NCBI GenBank assembly: GCA_030141605.1
Contig: JAQGDQ010002367.1
Location: 186,001 to 250,000, forward strand
DNA: 64,000 bases
Reading direction: 5' to 3'
Origin: Tubiluchus corallicola
Lineage: Eukaryota; Animalia; Priapulida
This document shows, one piece after another, positions 1 to 38,844 of the stretch (the stretch's first letter is position 1; the number at the start of each line of letters is the position of its first letter). Below the pieces are notes generated by a model. It did no database searches, had not been told where the DNA came from, and saw nothing but the letters and a program-made list of their open reading frames with translations. Position numbers and translations under genes: made by a program.

Positions 1-77
1 CACTGCAATTAACCTCGTCACCCAAGAATTCCTGGAAGCTAAGCATTTAATTACTTGCCTAGCACAGTTTGCTTTTG
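1..77 (+). mobile_element. pogo/Tigger-family DNA transposon copy A, internal part left of the LINE insertion
   Basis: aattaacctcgtcacccaagaattcctggaagc matches copies at ~12675, ~48568 and ~61352. Confidence 0.75.
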
Positions 78-1849
78 ATTTTTTTTATTTATTTATTAAA
101 TATATCCACAATGATCATTACAGCATTGTACATAAAAGTATTTAATAACATATTTAGTATTATGTACACAAGATGCCAAGCCGCAAATGACCCGTGGGGT
201 ACTCAAGAAGTAATTACTTGTTTAGAGCACCCCAAAAGAATGTGGACTGAGTGTAATAGAAAAGAGCAGTAAAGGAGTAGAAAGAAAGGTTAATAGAGAA
301 TAGAAAGAAGGAGAAAGATGTGATGGTATCTGTATGAAGTAACGTGAACTATAGAAATGTAAAAATTGACATAGCCAGCAACGCAATGGATTCCGACAGG
401 GACAGCAGCGTAATTAATCAAATTGATTTATTCTGTATAATTAGAAAAGATTTCACTTTTAAGATTGCTTTTGAAGCTATTTATAGATTAAGAATTTTTT
501 ATGTATTCGTTGATGTTATTCCAAAGTCTAGGGCCAGTGTTAGTGATGAAGTGCCTTGCCGCATCAGCCCTGCAGTACGAAATTCGTTAAATCTTGTTGA
601 GTAATGACTTACGTTAATAGATAATGGGTTTAAAAAGAAAGCGCGGTGAAGTTTATGTTTAGTTTTGTAGATGTAAACAGCGGTATTCAGGTTTATTAAC
701 TCATTTAGCACTAGGATAGAATAATTCTTAAAAAGATTAAGACCTACGTGTTCACGCTTGTTCAAATTAGCTGTCAGTCTTATAAATTTACGTTGTAGAG
801 AGTTTAGTTTAACTAGAGTTGAAGGGTAGGTGTGCCCCCAAAGTATATTACAGTAGGTCAAGTATGGCACTACTAGACAATTATAAAGTGCGATTGGGTG
901 TTCTTTAGTGAAACAATATTTAACTTGACTGATTAACCCGATGTTTTTAGCAATTTTAGAATGAATCATATTTAAGTGTGGTTTCCAATTTAGGTGTTCA
1001 TTTAACATAACACCTAAGAACTTCATTTCGCTTACTTGTTCTACAGCATTACCATCAATTTTTATAATACTGTTCATATTTATAGGTTTGTTATGAGCTT
1101 TGAATAAAATGTATTTAGTTTTAGCTGAATTTAATGCTAATTTACTGATTTTAAACCAGGCTGTAATTTTACTGAGTTCACTATTAATAATGTTAGTGTC
1201 AAGTAACTTGCTGTTGATCTTAAAAAAAAATACCTGTGTCATCAGCAAATTGGAAGACCTTTCCATTGTCAGTAATTCAGTTTTGTAAGTCATTAATGTT
1301 TATTAAAAACAACAGAGGTCCCAAAATAGATTTCTGGGGTACTCCGTGTGTGACTATTGCTTCATTGGAAAGAACATTGTTACATATGACTGCTTGAGTT
1401 CGGTCCTTGAGGTAATTAGCAAACCATGAAATGTATGCGACCCCTCTAATGCCATAGTGGAATAACTTATCTAACAGAATAGCATGATTAACTGTATCAA
1501 AGGCTTTAGAGAGATCGCAGAAAATGCCAATGGCAACAGCGTTTTGTTCTAATGAATTAATTACATTGTTTATTATATTTATTAGGGCTAGCTGTGTAGA
1601 ACTACCCTTTCTAAAGCCATACTGATGATAATAAAGTACATTATGTATAGTCAAGTAGTCTAATAATCTTTTATGGACTATTTTTTCTAATATTTTAGAG
1701 AAAAAAGGTAATAATGATATAGGTCTATAGTTATTAATATCTAAGGAGTCTTTAGCATTAAACACAGGAAAAATTACTGATTTTTTAAGTTGATAATGAG
1801 CAATTGGTTATATACATTAAAGGAGCAGCTAAGTTATCAATTAAGTCAA
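78..1849 (-). mobile_element. LINE 3' half (CR1/L2/Crack-type RT domain, 3' UTR and (AATA)n-like tail), degenerate
   Basis: YRPISLLPFFSKILEK, DLSKAFDTVNH, GVPQKSILGPLLF and FADDT motifs over frameshifted ORFs; tail ttttatttatttatt at ~80-98. Confidence 0.9.
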
Positions 1850-3720
1850 TTATGAGTTTGCGAAGGTTTGGATTTGGTCAGCTTTTGCACTTAGCCAGGA
1901 GTCCTGCATGGCTCTGAGCTTCTTTTGGACTTTTCTTTTGGCATTGGTGAAGGCAGTTCTCTTTAATGGACACTTGGGGTTGTTTATAAAAGCTCTGTGA
2001 CATTGGTGCTTTTCATTTAGTAGGGTCTGGATGTGATCGTTGTTTTCTTCAAACCAGTCTTGGTGTTTTCTGGTGCATGGTCCAATGGTTTCTATTGCAG
2101 AGGAGTAAATGGCATCACTAAGGGCTTTCCATTGAGTTCCAGGGTCTAGATAACTATTATCCAATGCCTCTAATCTACCGTCCATGTCATTCATGAGTGA
2201 TTGCCTGATGTTTTCCATTTTCAGCTTGGAGATATTCAGCCGCTTGGGTGCCCGTTTTCCCTGCGGTCTTCTTGAGGGGTGGATTCTGATGTTTAGTTTG
2301 TACAGTATAAGCCGGTGGTCTGTCCAACATTCTGCACCGCACATTGCCTTTGTTACTCGGACATCTTGTTTGTCTCTCTGCCTGACGATAAGATAATCTA
2401 GTAGATGCCACTTCTGTGATCGTGGATGTTTCCATGATGTTCTGTTTCGGTGGGAAAGACGCAATACAGAGTTGGTGATGAGCAACTCATGGGATGCATA
2501 AGTTTCCAGGAGCAGAAGTCCATTGTTGCAGTTACCGGTGCCGTTCTTTCATAAGATGCCTTTCCATGTGTCATGGTCTTTTCCAACTCTGGCATTGAAA
2601 TCACCTAGTATGAGTAGTTTATCTGCTCGTGGGACTGCTGAGATGGCTTCATTTAGGTGGCCTCTGGGTTTGTCATTGTGGGTGCATATGCACTTATGAT
2701 GGTGGCGTGTCTCTTTTTTGACAGTGGCAGTCGTAGTGTCATTAGTCTTTCGTTGATGCCTTTTGGTGGAGATTGCAATGTTTTTAGCAAAGATGTTTTG
2801 ATGGCAAAACCCACGCCTGCCTCTAGTTTTTTGCCAATCCAGAAGAAGGTGTAGCCTATTTTGTTTTCTGGCAGTTGTCCCTCTTTGGCAAAGCGAGTTT
2901 CGCTGAGTGCAGCTATGTCGACATTATACCTAGCCAGCTCGCTAGGTATGAATGCTGTTCTTCTGGCTGGTCTGTCAGCTCCAATCTTTTCTTGCAGAGT
3001 GCGCATATTCCATGCGCCAAGTGTTAGCGGTTTTCTCCGCTCGTTTCTTTCCTTTCGTTGTTTCTTACCGCTAGGTTGGGATCCCCGCCAGCCGCGTCGT
3101 GCTAGCCAGGGTGAGGTGAAGCAGGCAGTGTTTGGGGCACCTTTTCTAGCCCTTTCCCCATGCTAAGGGAGAAGCAGTGCAATCCTGAAGAGGGCTGCTT
3201 CGTCGCTCAGGTGGCTGCCGAATTCCAACGCTGCTTCGGTGGAAAGCGAGCCTATGGCCTGAGCCGCCGTCAGCCTCACTCTCTCGTCCACGCCCTTCTT
3301 TACCCAGTGGCATGACATAGTCGAGATGACTGGAGATGGGTCCAGATGCAGTAGATGACCATCAGCATCTCCAGTGCCTTGCTGTGCCCTGTTTGCACTC
3401 CACAGCACTTCGCTGTGACTGCCTTCTTGCCCATTGAACCAGACACGTTTCTTCCGCGCTTTCCGCCAGCCTCAGTCTTCGTGTATTTGGGATAGGCATA
3501 TCCCACCCTCAGGCAGAGCCCTTGAATTCACTCACGTGGTTTGGCCGGTCATTCAAAACCGTTGCCCGAGGTGTGGCCACTGCCATACACAAGCAGTATC
3601 CGTGGAACCATACGTGAGCTAGATACAGGAGTGGGAATCAAGTAGGATCCAGGCCATCCCAATAGGGAGTGACTGCCTTTCACCGTGAGGTACCATCCCT
3701 CCTCTCGTACCCTACACCCT
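1850..3720 (-). mobile_element. RTE-clade LINE 5' half (5' UTR, AP endonuclease, linker), truncated before RT
   Basis: LTLGAWNMRTL, ELARYNVDIAALSETR, GVGFAI, ISAYAPT, LGDFNARVG, TSWKHPRSQKWHLLDY, CWTDHRL, HQDWFEEN; GC-rich UTR. Confidence 0.92.
3530..3720 (-). ncRNA. HDV-like self-cleaving ribozyme at the 5' end of an RTE retrotransposon
   Basis: Manual fold on the minus strand: P1 (A)GGGUGU/ACACCUC, P2 CUCACGU/ACGUGAG, P3 GGU/GCC, L3 UCCACG, J1/4 GGGCAAC, P4 CGGUU/GACCG, J4/2 GCCAA. Confidence 0.75.
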
Positions 3721-3854
3721 TTTGCAGTGCATAAGTAAGCTGGTGACTCATACTTCTATACCAGTAATACTACACCCAACAGTTAATAAGTTCAGTTGGT
3801 TAATTGGGTCAAAACACTTCGGTCCCAAAGTGTGTCTATTAAGCGGTGCTGCTG
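3721..3854 (+). mobile_element. pogo/Tigger-family copy A, right end
   Basis: tttgcagtgcat...gttaattgggtcaaaacacttc...gtctattaagcgg matches the 3' ends of the other copies. Confidence 0.75.
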
Positions 3855-4399
3855 ATATTAACTATCAGTATATTTATGTTGTAGACTTGATAAGTTTCAG
3901 TTTAGGGATTAATTCGATATAATATAGTCAATATAGAGCTTACAAGCAGATGTTTTCTATGCAATAAATCAACTTTTACATCAAGCTTGACTCTTATTAT
4001 GAGCTTTTACAGTATAAAATGTTGCAGCAAATAAAAATGTTATATTTATTATACTAGAAATTTAGCATAAAGCTTATTTCATTTGATTTTTATCTCTCCG
4101 TTGATCACCATTGCAAATTTTAACAAACGCCATTTTTTCATTGCATTACAAGACAAATGACATAAACTGAGCGCTGACGATAGTGTATTTCTTTACGCAT
4201 AGGTACATAGGTATATAGGTACAGAATGTAACCATTGGTTGGCCTTTATGGTTTTAACCCTGGCTTACTGACTCCATAAGTAGGTACATGTCCTTACATA
4301 AAAATATGTGATCACTGTTGTATATTTTATGGCTTCTTTAAATGCTATTACTTTCAAGTGGAGTTATACGGTCAAAACACTGTTTCACTGTAAGCTGCT

Positions 4400-4610
4400 G
4401 GCTGCTCTACTGACATTCACTTTGTTGGACATCGCGAGTTCTTATAGTAATTGCATAAACCTCTGGATGGTTGTACCTCAAATTCGAAAATAAATTTGTT
4501 GTTGAACTGCATACTGTACTGATTTCTTTCTGACTGCAGGTGGTTGTGCTGGTAAAAATCTGTCCTAGTACCTTCCAAATGCAGCTTTGAGCACTCAACT
4601 TTTTAACAAT
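4400..4610 (-). mobile_element. Decayed BED zinc-finger fragment of a hAT (ZBED1-like) transposase
   Basis: SCIWKVLG...SSTTNLFSNLRYNHPEVY resembles the BED pattern SxVWxxFG...TTNLxxHLxxxHPxxY. Confidence 0.45.
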
Positions 4611-5314
4611 AATTGAATTAAAATTCTGGTTCATTTTTGCAAGATAGTGTGACTCAAAATTCATCTATGCCTGTAAACATTGAATTAACATTGGGGCTTT
4701 TTTGATTGAGTCACACAATACGCATAGCTTTTTTGTGCCTATTATGATAGGAGGGTTGGATGCTTCAAGAGCAGTTGTTAGGTGATCACCTTTTAATTAT
4801 AATCAATTCTCTAGTACATTTGTGAAATTTTAAAATTCATTGTCAACCTGAATAAATGATATGGAAAGCTTTGTAAACCTTAGCCTGCAACTTACTCATA
4901 ACTGGCTGGGTAAGTAGCAACTCCTCTCCCAAAATGCAGTAAGCACTACTGTACCTCACTACTGCATGTGCTGTCTAAACAATCATTTAGTGTCTAGACA
5001 CAAATTTAAGTGCCACACAGATAAAACAATTATCTTGATTGAGCTGGATAGTAGCGCTGGAATAAAAATTGCATCTTAGGCTTGAGGTATGGGCCATATG
5101 GGTGAAGTAATAATTTTACGTTTTTAGGTTTATTGCTATGACTTGCGACAACTTGAAACTTTAAGCTTGTACACAAGTTTAGACTTCATAGCCTGTGTAG
5201 TAATAGTTTATTTCAAAATTATACTTGAACCTAACAAACTTGTGAAAATTTATCATATAACATAAAAATTTAGTATCAACATTGAAGAATAGTAATTGGG
5301 CTTATAATACTTAA

Positions 5315-6442
5315 GAATGTGTCTGCGAGAGCACCATGCAGAGGGTGGCACATGAGGGGTGACGAATTTATATCATTTTTTTCTATCATGAAGGGCGACC
5401 CCCTAAAACCATGTAACCAAGATATCAAATCGATCGAGCTACTATTAGCAGAGAAATGACCACATCAAGAAATTGACCTCAGAGGCAAAAAAATCGCTAT
5501 TTTGGAGGGTTATTTTAACTTTTTCTCCTGTATAAACTATTATAGATGGGTCGATGTAAGTTGGCTGGTACATAGACACAGACATTGTCTTCTGATATCC
5601 TAACTTTTTCTGACATATTATTAATAGTATCAGAGAACGGGATTTTTCAAATTCGGCTCTTTGTTAAGAGTCCAGGGAGAGGTTAAGTTGTAAGGCTCAT
5701 AACTCGCCCACTGCGGGGCTACAGAACTTCTGGTTTTCAATTATGTGTTAGCCATCATCCTCACTAATAGTATAAAAAAGAAAATTCGCTGGAGCCTGTT
5801 TCAGTATTTAGTACTGGCACTTTAAAATTTCACAAAAATCAGCAAAATTCGCCTTTTTTGTAGTTTTTCAATATTTTTTCTATCTATGTGCTGGATTATA
5901 AGTGACAAATCTGTATTCTAAATTTCATGAAAACGCACGAGTTGACATAATATCATGAATGATATTATATAGAGGGGGCACTGTTAGAAAAAACTGCCAT
6001 ATCAACACACTCTTTTACTTTCCATAGTAATTCCGTCCATGTGTAAAAAGCAGACATACTTGGCTCAGGTCGTTATATGACAGTAGATATTTAGCCACGT
6101 TTAACCTGCATTTTCTGTGACTAGTGCTCTGCATTCCTAGTAGCAATAGATTCCTTTGCCATGGAAATTACTAGAAATTTGCGAATTTCATCTTAAATTG
6201 GTTTAGTTATGTCGGAATTTTCATATGACTACAAATATGAATAATTGCCTTTTCTGATGGATTTCTGGACAGGACATCATGCATGCCCCTAGTACCGAGT
6301 CCGACCCTGATTCAGGGCATTCTCTACACACTGAATCACTAGTGGATACCAGGAAAGACTAAACAATAAGCCCTCTAATAGAAAAGAAGTACCGATTGTT
6401 AAGATTGAGAGTCATTGCTAGCGAAAGAATCTGACAACACTT

Positions 6443-6485
<43 letters not shown>

Positions 6486-7942
6486 GAAATCCGTTCATTT
6501 TTTATACTTTTTATATGAATAAGCTTCATGGCTATACATAGACCATAATATCTAAATAATAGAGAAAGAATTATCGATGCAGGTAGATTAGCACTAGAAG
6601 ATAGATACGGAAATATAGACAAATATATCATGGGGAAAGTGATAAAGTGAAAATCTTACAGTCTAAACATGAGACAATATAAGCGTATGGGTCGCTTCTA
6701 GGGGGATGGCGGTGATATTTAGCACAGAAAATTTTTCTTCGCCCAAAATTTATTTGTGGCACAAAATCGATACTTCTGACAAAAAATATTAATAGTGTGA
6801 TTGAATGATTGCGCCAATGGCACAAAAATTTTTGATGTTTTACAGTCTAAAAATCACCGGACAAATGATATCAAGTCTGTCCCATATTTTTTGGGCTTTC
6901 GCTCAGATTTAGGGCAATTTTCTTTGTGTCCTGGCTTGTACGCATATGTAAGACAATGAGTAATAACTAGGTAATAACCTGTACATAACATTTACAAAGC
7001 ATAGAAAATAAACAGTACATAAAACATTTTCCAGTCCTTGCAAGAAGCAATTTCCATTTCGTAGATATTTCATTTTTTTAAGATTGGAAGCGCTCTAAAT
7101 GCGGTCCAGTGTCTTTAGTACAGGCTAATAGATTCACAATATTCGTTTCGTGCGGATAACTAGTCACAATGCCGCATTTAACGCTGGTAAACAGCCCAGA
7201 AAACGAACATTTTAGTTCAGCAGTGGCCGCCATCTTGAATGCTGGAGTCCAATCCTGTCGGTAGTTTAACCAATGTGCTGGCCAGGCCCCTAGTTGCCGA
7301 AGATGAATATTTATGATGTTTTGAAGTATTTTGACAAGATTTGACAACTCATGTTTACCTACACGAAGCTTTTTGATGAACGTTCTTACTATATTTTCAC
7401 CCTGATATATGCCTCTTTCAGGGGTCTTTTACAATAGGGTGGAAATTCGCTCCATCAAAATTGTCACTGCAGCATAGTGGGATGGGATGCTCTATTCACA
7501 TACATATAGATATTTTTGTCCCTGCCCCCACAGTGGGTGAGATATAAGACTTTGAAATGACTGAGTATTTGCATCTTGCACGTAATGTGAGCTTAAAGAC
7601 CCCCAGTAGAGCCGAAAGAGGGGGGTTTGGGACAAAAGTCGAAAAGTCATTTTGGAGAAGATAACAAGATCCAATACTGTGCAGAGTCATATCTATTCAA
7701 ACTCAGTAGTTGCTGCATGGCTAATCCTTCAAATATGAGTAAAAAAATAGAGAAAAATAGGTATTTTTTCATGAAAATCGGCCTATGCCGTACCTCTGCT
7801 ACTATGAGGAGTTGGGCCAAGCGGATTCACATAGTGAATACTAGTGACTAGTGGACCTCATACCCGAATTTTGGTCCGAATCGGTTACCTAGCCTTGTGC
7901 TGGAATTTTTCGATTTTGCATGGTCTTCTCGCGGACGCGCTC
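5315..7942. mobile_element. Non-autonomous TTAA-flanked DNA transposon (Kolobok- or Sola3-like)
   Basis: 26-bp TIRs 5315-5340 and 7917-7942 (20/26 identical, several CpG-type changes) starting GA(G), flanked by TTAA / ATAA; no long ORF. Confidence 0.6.
6444..6482. repeat. (TA)n microsatellite
   Basis: Perfect TA run. Confidence 0.95.
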
Positions 7943-8451
7943 ATAAAAGATTCTGTCTGCTGTGAATGTGCCAAGCTTTGCCATAAGAATCGGTGATTAG
8001 AGAAGCTTTGCGTGTAGATTACATCATTCTCTCGCACTCACGCCAAATCCGTAAAACATGCCGGTACGGAAATGTACACATTTGAAATTGGAAACAAAAA
8101 TTTTAAGTTTTTTTACATTTCTTTTACTGAAAGTACCTATATATTCTTTGTGTTTTATCAACAGTATGTTAAAAATCTTCAATGTCTGTGATCTTAACAT
8201 GTCTCCAATGGCTTATTTTTATTTTGATTACTTTGGAAGCAACATCTCATCCAGTTTGCTCTCTCTATTTTATTTATAGCTGCAGTGATCTTACATACTT
8301 TTAAGCGGGACTAATACATTTGGGACGGCACCATAAATTTTTAAAGCAGCAGAGCTATGGTGCTTTGTAACTATGTAGTAGCATATTATGCTTTAGCCAA
8401 TTAATACTAAAATCTGGCAGTTTACATGGATAAATGCTTTGGTATATTCAG

Positions 8452-34974
<26,523 letters not shown>

Positions 34975-36879
34975 AAATGCTTTACTTTTTTGTACCTGCA
35001 TGCAGGTAATGTGCAAGTAGAAATCTTGCCAAAATGGCACAATTGAGTTTTAAAGCTGCTCTGAAGGCAAAATATGTGATTGGGTGTCAAAATGTAGTTT
35101 AGACATTTCTGATAACCATATTAAATTTAACAGGAAAGCTTTGTACAAACAAAAAAAAAACTGTATTAGTTTCGGCATGATGGCTCGGATGTCTGTGCTT
35201 GCGCGTACGTGGGAAAACACATTAAAAATGCTACTGTGTCAGAAGTAATCTTTGTGAATTTAATCTAAAATAAATATTATTGTTATGATAGCTTAATTGG
35301 CTAATAGCCATGGCTTTTTTGGCTAATGCAAGTACAGCAATAAAGATTTTAACTATTCTGCCTAAATTTAATGAAAACTATATTTGACCTAGGTTAGAAG
35401 TTACTGAATGGCTATGATTTTTTCTGCAATTTTGAAGCATTTTTGCAATGATAATAATTGCTTTAATATTAGTATTAGTGTTAGTATTACTATTGTAACT
35501 CTGGCAGTGGGACATTTAAAAAGTAAGAATGATTAGAAATCCGCAAAGTTAGCTACGCTTAGTGGCAGTAATAAAGCAACACAGCTTGGGTACCTATGTT
35601 GTCATGCTAAAACTTTGCTTGCTGCTACCTTGTTACTAAAATTTTTTCATCAATCGCATATAGTGGATTGAAGTAACTGAAGAAAAAGCTGTAATTTGAA
35701 CTTAACATTCTACCCTGCTTTAAGGCCTGTAAATAAAGAATTATTTGGATATTATTAATTTTATAGCTGTAATTTATTTTTAATTGCATCAGTAATGCAG
35801 AAAGCTGAAATGGTACTAATTTAAAAAATGCACGTGCTGTTATTTTTCATTAAACACGCCTTAAGCATGATTGTTTATTGCAGTTGTCTTTATAATCCTA
35901 CACGCATATTTGCACACTTGTGTGAATAATTGTTTAGAATTCAATTTGTACTTATTTTGTGAAATACAGATTTAATGCATATATCAAAATGAGACTACGT
36001 GTATAATTAAATTTTCCTGATAGAGTTAATTGTTTTTGTTGCAAAAATAAACAAAAAGTCTGTTACAATTCCCCAGCTGCTTCCATTTACCTAAATCGAC
36101 TTTCTTGTAATGAGCAGACTGTTTGTTGGTATCAATCAATCTATTGGTTTTATTTTGCTGGCAATAGCTGTTGATTTGGCTAGTAAATGGGTAAATAGTC
36201 AACCACTGTAGTTTATTCAATTAAAGCTGCACTCTAAACAGTGCAAAAAACGTCATTGCCTCATGAAAATAGATGGATGCTTATTCTTTTTAAATAATGA
36301 ACAATATTAGGAAATAATAATAGTAAGCTATCTACATATATAAGGTGTAAAGCAATCTAATCTAGACGTATTCAGCCTGCAGTGCAAACATGCTCCCAGT
36401 TTTGGGAAATGTTTATTTTAGTCGTTTGTTAGAAGTCCAAATGTGACTATAAGCAACTTGCCTCAGTTACAAGCAATACCATTTCAGCTGAAAAATTAGA
36501 AAGAAAAGCAGATGGTTCTGCAGATTGTTTTCTGATTGAATTATAGTATTGCATCTGCATCTCATTATGCTTTGCAGTTGTATGATTGTAAACTTGATTG
36601 TCCCAAATAACCTCTACCTTGCAAATGTTATACCCATTTAGGCCATCAGCAACAGATTTCAGTCACTAGTAAATTACTGGGTGTGTTATAGCTGTAACTA
36701 TGTGTATTAAAATAACTGGTACCCTATTATATGAATAAGTTCTTGTATTTTGTTTTTATTAATAGATTGTTCAAAGTTGTATGATTAAGTAGAACATGTC
36801 AAATTGTTTCATTTTTTGTAGCTTAAAACTTAACTGCTAAAACACTGAACAGCCAATTGCATGGTGTTAAGTCATGTAA

Positions 36880-37765
36880 TGACAAGATTGGTGGGGGTTT
36901 GGCAAGGTGCAATGTCATCTCCTTTTTGATGTTTATTTGGAAGGTTTATTTAAATTCACCACATTATAAGATTGCAATGGGATAATTAATGTTTTTAATT
37001 ATATTGGTTATCATTTGTTTAGACTTTTAGTTTATAGGGATGACAACATGTATGAAAATTAACAGTAGGTGATAATTATATCAAAGCGTTCAACATCAAT
37101 TTTGTAAATATTAGAGCAACAGTCATTATATTCTAGTCTAAGTGTTTATATGTCATGGTTTATAATATTGAAACGATAGATGACGGCAGGGTCTTTAAAT
37201 GGATTTATGAAGCTAATCAATTTGGGGCAGATGAAAGCATAAGATTCAGTTGCACAAAAGTTAATATAATCAATCTTTTATATAAAGCTGAATAATTAAT
37301 TTTGGACCTTATTACAATTCCTTCTAAAACAATCTATATTAACTACTTGTGTTTATGTAACTTAAATATTACTGTAACTCTTCCAGCAACTACCTAACCA
37401 ACAATTAGCTATTATTAATGTTTCTATATTGCAAACTTCAGTGTTTAATTACTAATTATGTCGAACATCGTCAACATTTAGCTTGTTAGGACAATTTCAA
37501 ATTTTTTTGTGTATGACATGCTTCACTGGCTAAATTAGAAAATAAATTGTATCTGATATATGATAGTTAACACAAATTGAAGTGAAAAAGGCACGACAGG
37601 ACACGTATAGCAGTTTGAAACCCTTGTATACAACGGTACTTAACTGTATGTGGAATTGTATTCTGATTATTGTATTAATTGTCTCTACTTTATTGTTAAT
37701 TTTTATTGTATTTCTCTTTGCATGCTATGAGTACATTGTAAATATTAATAATAATAATAAAAAAT
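36880..37765 (+). mobile_element. Decayed LINE 3' part (RTE-X-like) with (AAT)n tail
   Basis: GVWQGAMSSP and LLVYRDD (YADD-like) motifs; aataataataataa tail. Confidence 0.5.
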
Positions 37766-38716
37766 TATAAGAATACATGGTGCCTAGTTTGTATCTGTGG
37801 TCTAAAAGCCTTTCACAAAATTGATCATGCTATGTTATAGTCATATCTATAGATTAGATTCTATTTACCTCCCATTAAAACCAATGAAAAAATTATGTGA
37901 GGTAAAACTTACAGTGGTTTGCACAAAAAGTTTACCCAATTTCAATACAACTTTTTTTGTTTTTTTCATGACAGTTACGGCTTGTGGTGTGCGTGTGTGT
38001 GTGTGATAGGTATGCTATGGTGGGGCGATGTATGTACATCGTGTGGTGTGAGTTTTCGTTTAAGGTTTGCAAGCAGAATTCGTTTGCAGGGTCTGGCTAG
38101 TGATTTAGTAAAGATCAGTGATTATAACTCCCAGCTCCCTACATAAATCTTGCGGATCTGCAGATGTTCAAATTTCACACATATATCACATTTGCCCTAG
38201 TTCAGTGATCTCATGCGACTGCAAATAGTGCAATTACAACTTTCATTATCTTGTCTGATTAACTTGCTGAGAAATTTCACTTTTTACACAATATTCATTA
38301 ATTTTGTTGCAATGAGTAGTTGCAGGTAAAAAGAGCCAACGGATCTAGTAAGAGCGGTTCTTAAGCCCTTTAATGATCACACTTTTGTGTCAAGATCGTT
38401 TTTGCGTTTTGTGCGTTATTGGTAAATTTCGTAACTGTTTTATGCTGTTTTGTTCAGTAGTGAAGCGTTTTTCAGAGGGTACTGGCGGATTTTTCTCAAG
38501 TAATTAAATTATTCGCTTACTTAAACAAAAACAGCCATCTTCAAATATTCGCGTACTTAAACAAAAACAATCAACATCTTCACTGTCGAATCGGAAATAT
38601 CCAATCGGATATGTTATTTATGCAAATGTAGGACAAACTTTTTGTGCGCTAATATCTGTAAAAAAATTGTGTAAAATTTCACGCAGCAGCAGGTCACAGC
38701 TTAGCTGGAACAATAG

Positions 38717-38730
38717 GTTGCCATGGTATT
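38717..38730. promoter_or_regulatory. RFX X-box-like motif upstream of LRRC56
   Basis: GTTGCCATGGTATT versus consensus GTTRCCATGGYAAC. Confidence 0.3.
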
Positions 38731-38844
38731 TGCCACATGCAGCTGCTATGTTCACTGTCTTGCTGTAGCTTATAACATCACACTACCGTGGATACGCTCG
38801 AACCTCTTCACCACCGGTGGCGAGTAAACAGACATCAATAAAAA

